From Sulfurovum sp. (lineage in GTDB: Bacteria > Campylobacterota > Campylobacteria > Campylobacterales > Sulfurovaceae): a stretch of 64,000 nucleotides of DNA. Below, in pieces: positions 60,798 through 64,000 of the stretch. Position numbers and translations under genes: made by a program. The notes below the pieces were generated by a model. The model saw only the letters and a list, made by a program, of their open reading frames with translations. It did not search any database and was not told the origin of the DNA. Within the stretch, counting starts at the first letter, position 1, and each line of letters opens with the position of its first letter. The stretch is taken from the NCBI GenBank assembly GCA_002733355.1, contig NVVN01000001.1:189091-253090 (forward strand), given 5' to 3'.

Positions 60798-62164
60798 GCT
60801 TTATTCCTAGGCTCTAGCACAGTTTGAATCCTGTCAGAAAATAAATTTGCCGCCAATACTAAAATAAACATAAACACAAATGCAGAAAATAACGACCACC
60901 ATACCATAGGCTCTCTTGCCATCTCTAGTCTTGCCTGATTTATCATATTTCCCCAAGAATGCATGGTGGGATCAACCCCAACCCCCACATATGAGAGTAC
61001 CGCTTCAGCAAGTACCAAACCGGAAAAGTCCAAGACCACTGAAATGAGAATGATGTGCATAAGATTTGGAATGATATGTCTACGTATAATGGTCAATTTT
61101 CCTACACCAAAGGCTTTGGCTGCTGTGACAAACTCTATCTGGGATATTTTTAGTGTCTCTGCACGTAACAAACGACATAAGCCCGTCCAAGAAGTCACCC
61201 CAAGGATGATAATTAAAAAAAGTAAACGTAAGTCTGCACGCTCTAGCGTCGTCTCAAACCATGTTGGATTATTGTCCATCATCACTTGCATAGACAACAC
61301 ACCTGCTGCAATCAGCAAAACACCGGGGATGGAACTGAGGGTAGTATATAGATATTGAATCACATCATCAACCCAACCACCAAACAATCCGGCACTCACC
61401 CCTAATATAACAGCAACCGGCAACATAATTAACGTTGTCAATATACCTATAAGTACACCTGTGCGAATACTTTTAAAACTCTGATACAGGACATCTCCTC
61501 CTACCTTGTCCGTTCCCAGCACATGATACTCAAAACTCATACAGTACATCCATATAAGTCCCGTCACTAACAATGCAACTGTAAAATATGCCGTTCTCCA
61601 TGGCAAAACAGTTTTTCCTTTCCATATCTTTTTAAATATACCTTTAAAATTTTTACCGCCAAGCCATACTATATGACATAGTATGAGTACTAAACTTATC
61701 AATACCCCCAATCCAACCACCCTAAAAGACCTTAATACCATATCATCATTCTTTGTAACATGTTTTAATGGTATATGCACCTGTCGTGTCACACCATCTT
61801 CATCAACGACTATAGATTTTGTATACTCATGTGTGGCAAAAGGTGCCGAGTAGGTACGCTCTGTACTTTCTATGTTATGGGACAAAATAAGATCTAAAAG
61901 ACTTACAATCTCCCCTTCATACTGTACATGTTGACTTTGTCCTTTTTGCATAGAAGAAGAAAAGCGAAGATGCACAGAGTCAAGCAAAGCAAAAAGCAGA
62001 TAAAAAAGTAAAATGATAGCTGATGCCATAGCAATACCTGATCTAAAAATAGCATGCCATTGTTTTTTAACTTGTGGAGAACGAGAAATAACCCACCCCC
62101 ATATCAAAAGTGATACCACCAGTAGCCAAACCATCATATCTGTCCAAAGTAATACAAGTTTCAT
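60794..62164 (-). CDS. Peptide ABC transporter permease (DppC-like)
   Basis: LGTD..G.D, EAA-like loop (FV.AA.A.G), SWG.M. Confidence 0.92.
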   Translation of the reverse strand: MKLVLLWTDMMVWLLVVSLLIWGWVISRSPQVKKQWHAIFRSGIAMASAIILLFYLLFALLDSVHLRFSSSMQKGQSQHVQYEGEIVSLLDLILSHNIESTERTYSAPFATHEYTKSIVVDEDGVTRQVHIPLKHVTKNDDMVLRSFRVVGLGVLISLVLILCHIVWLGGKNFKGIFKKIWKGKTVLPWRTAYFTVALLVTGLIWMYCMSFEYHVLGTDKVGGDVLYQSFKSIRTGVLIGILTTLIMLPVAVILGVSAGLFGGWVDDVIQYLYTTLSSIPGVLLIAAGVLSMQVMMDNNPTWFETTLERADLRLLFLIIILGVTSWTGLCRLLRAETLKISQIEFVTAAKAFGVGKLTIIRRHIIPNLMHIILISVVLDFSGLVLAEAVLSYVGVGVDPTMHSWGNMINQARLEMAREPMVWWSLFSAFVFMFILVLAANLFSDRIQTVLEPRNKA

Positions 62165-63138
62165 GACAGCTTTACCCTTGGATCAAATAATGTATACGAA
62201 ATATCTGTAAGTATCAAACCTAAAATATACAGTACTGACCCCAAAAACACCATCGCCTTGACGATAGCAAAATCTTGTGCATTAATTGCATCAAGAGTAT
62301 AAGAACCAAGCCCGGGAATACCGAAAAAAGACTCCATAATCAAAGACCCCATAAACAACGAAGGGATAATCACTACAACACCTGTTAAGATAGGGAGCAT
62401 TCCATTACGAAGGACATGTCCAAACAGTACTTTCAATTCAGACAATCCTTTGGCTCTTGCTGTACGAACATAGTCTTGATTGATTTGCTCTAAAAATATA
62501 CTTCTATACCAGCGTACACCTGAACCAATACCCGCAAAAATACCTATCAGCACAGGAAGTATAATAAACTTTACACCNTCCCAACCAGNTTCGTACCCTG
62601 AGATAGGAACCCAGTGCCACATTTTAGAAAAAAGCACCTGCCCTGCGATAATATAAAATAATCCCGAAATCGACATAATCATCACCGCTACTACCATCAT
62701 ACTTGTATCCAAAACAGAACCTCGAAAAAGTACCAGAAGTAAGGCTAAAGAGATATTGGTAATAAGTGCAATCATAAATGTAGGCAGTGCTATCGCTAAG
62801 CTTGGTACCATTCTTTCTTTAATGTCTGAACCAATATTTCGGTTTGCATCTGAAAAACCAAAATTAAAAGCAAACAATTTTAGTGATTCCTGCACAAACA
62901 GTGTATCTGTTGCCTTTTGAATACCTTCTGCTTCGTCATTAACAAAAAGTGGTTTGTCATAACCTCTTTTTTCTTTCCATGATTGAATGAGTTTAGGTGT
63001 AACCTGCTTCGCTCCAAGTTGTGCCCTTGCCATGTCATCAGGACTGTTTACCATAAAAAAGAGTAAAAAAGTAATCAAATTTACCCCAATCAGTATAGGC
63101 ACGGCATATAAAATTCTTCGTATGATATAAGATAACAT
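62161..63138 (-). CDS. Peptide ABC transporter permease (DppB-like)
   Basis: DYVRTARAKGL, E..FGIPGLG, DPRV. Confidence 0.93.
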   Translation of the reverse strand: MLSYIIRRILYAVPILIGVNLITFLLFFMVNSPDDMARAQLGAKQVTPKLIQSWKEKRGYDKPLFVNDEAEGIQKATDTLFVQESLKLFAFNFGFSDANRNIGSDIKERMVPSLAIALPTFMIALITNISLALLLVLFRGSVLDTSMMVVAVMIMSISGLFYIIAGQVLFSKMWHWVPISGYEXGWXGVKFIILPVLIGIFAGIGSGVRWYRSIFLEQINQDYVRTARAKGLSELKVLFGHVLRNGMLPILTGVVVIIPSLFMGSLIMESFFGIPGLGSYTLDAINAQDFAIVKAMVFLGSVLYILGLILTDISYTLFDPRVKLS

Positions 63139-64000
63139 TTAAGGCTTTTCCTTATATATAGCTATTTTTTGTCTATTCTTATAAGCCAAGGAAAGAAGGA
63201 AACCCATAAGTAAAATAAACAGTACTAACAAAATCAAAGGAAAAATGACAGGCTGATTCCACTCTTGTTGTTTTTTGGCTCTCAAAGTGGCATCTATACG
63301 TTTATATTTTAGTGTATTGTTTGCCATTGCATGTGGTAACACATTTTTATACCACTGATGAGATAAGGCTAAAGACTTTGGGTGAATCCCCCATACCCAC
63401 GGTGCATCATCTCTTAGTATCTCGGTCATTTTTTTAATAAGTTGCATTCTTTGAGGAGTGTTTTTCATCGTTTTCATTTGATTAAACAGTGTATCAAATT
63501 TTTTATTTTTATAATTTGAACTATTGATACCTGCACCATCAGTATCTACTGCCGCATTACCGCCGTACAGTAGAAAAAAGAAGTTTTCAGGATCAGGATA
63601 ATCTGCATTCCAACCCCAAGAAAACATTTGTGCCTTACCTTTTCTCACTTTATCCTGAAAACGATTATAATCTGTGGCTCTAATAACCAGTTGAATGCCC
63701 AGTTTGTTAAATTGTTTTCGTCGCCAGTCCATTAATGATCTATCATCAGGACCTGTGGCGGTTGTATCATAATATAATTTTAAAGGTTTCCCTGTTTCTT
63801 TAGATACCCCGTTAGGATATCCAGCTTCTGCCAACAATTTTTTGGCAATAGCTAAAGACTTACGTACCCTTTTTCCCTTCACCCAGTCATACACAACCTT
63901 GTTGGTACCCTCTTCACCCTCTTCATAGCCAAAAATACCCGGAGGAATAACTCCTTGCGCAGCGATACCTCTTTCATTTAGAAAAATCGAAATATATTCT
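63139..64000 (-). CDS. Family 5 ABC substrate-binding protein, C-terminal part; starts beyond the window
   Basis: A..LLAEAGYP.G, WGWNADYPDPENF; the frame stays open to the window edge. Confidence 0.9.
   Translation of the reverse strand, partial: EYISIFLNERGIAAQGVIPPGIFGYEEGEEGTNKVVYDWVKGKRVRKSLAIAKKLLAEAGYPNGVSKETGKPLKLYYDTTATGPDDRSLMDWRRKQFNKLGIQLVIRATDYNRFQDKVRKGKAQMFSWGWNADYPDPENFFFLLYGGNAAVDTDGAGINSSNYKNKKFDTLFNQMKTMKNTPQRMQLIKKMTEILRDDAPWVWGIHPKSLALSHQWYKNVLPHAMANNTLKYKRIDATLRAKKQQEWNQPVIFPLILLVLFILLMGFLLSLAYKNRQKIAIYKEKP

Noticed and set aside
1..64000. Many short ORFs antisense to or overlapping real genes (e.g. 3750-4103, 5647-6030, 41700-42239, 55824-56264)
   Set aside because: Shadows of well-supported genes, with no motifs or RBS.
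1..64000. CRISPR array, tRNA or rRNA genes, integrase or transposase
   Set aside because: No regularly spaced repeats, cloverleaf or rRNA signatures, or recombinase motifs seen by eye.

Overview
AT-rich chromosomal segment, most likely from a chemolithoautotrophic Campylobacterota (Sulfurovum/Sulfurimonas-like) genome. Scattered N bases suggest a population consensus assembly. From left to right it holds: a Sau96I/Eco47II-like type II RM pair cut by the window edge; a reduced nap operon (napA-B-F-D, no napG/H/L); a truncated haemoglobin; a three-gene DAB/DAC inorganic-carbon pump with two small Cys/His-rich proteins; a COG0523 GTPase; and tandem five-subunit-type 2-oxoacid:ferredoxin oxidoreductases (forDABGE, porDABG) of the rTCA cycle. 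Siroheme and housekeeping genes follow, then a defence hotspot between yajQ and hom (three TA pairs, a Sau3AI-like RM system with DpnD-like genes, a Fic protein, and diverged relic copies of yajQ, the REase 3' end and the hom 3' end). The right part carries rRNA/tRNA modification, Moco, queuosine, bc1 complex, luxS and peptide ABC transporter genes. The most notable non-coding signal is an ~88-nt three-hairpin element present twice with compensatory base changes. An ERIC-like repeat and structured leaders/spacers at the carbon-fixation operons are also present. No rRNA, tRNA, CRISPR array, integrase or transposase was seen. All family assignments come from motif recognition by eye; no database searches were run.
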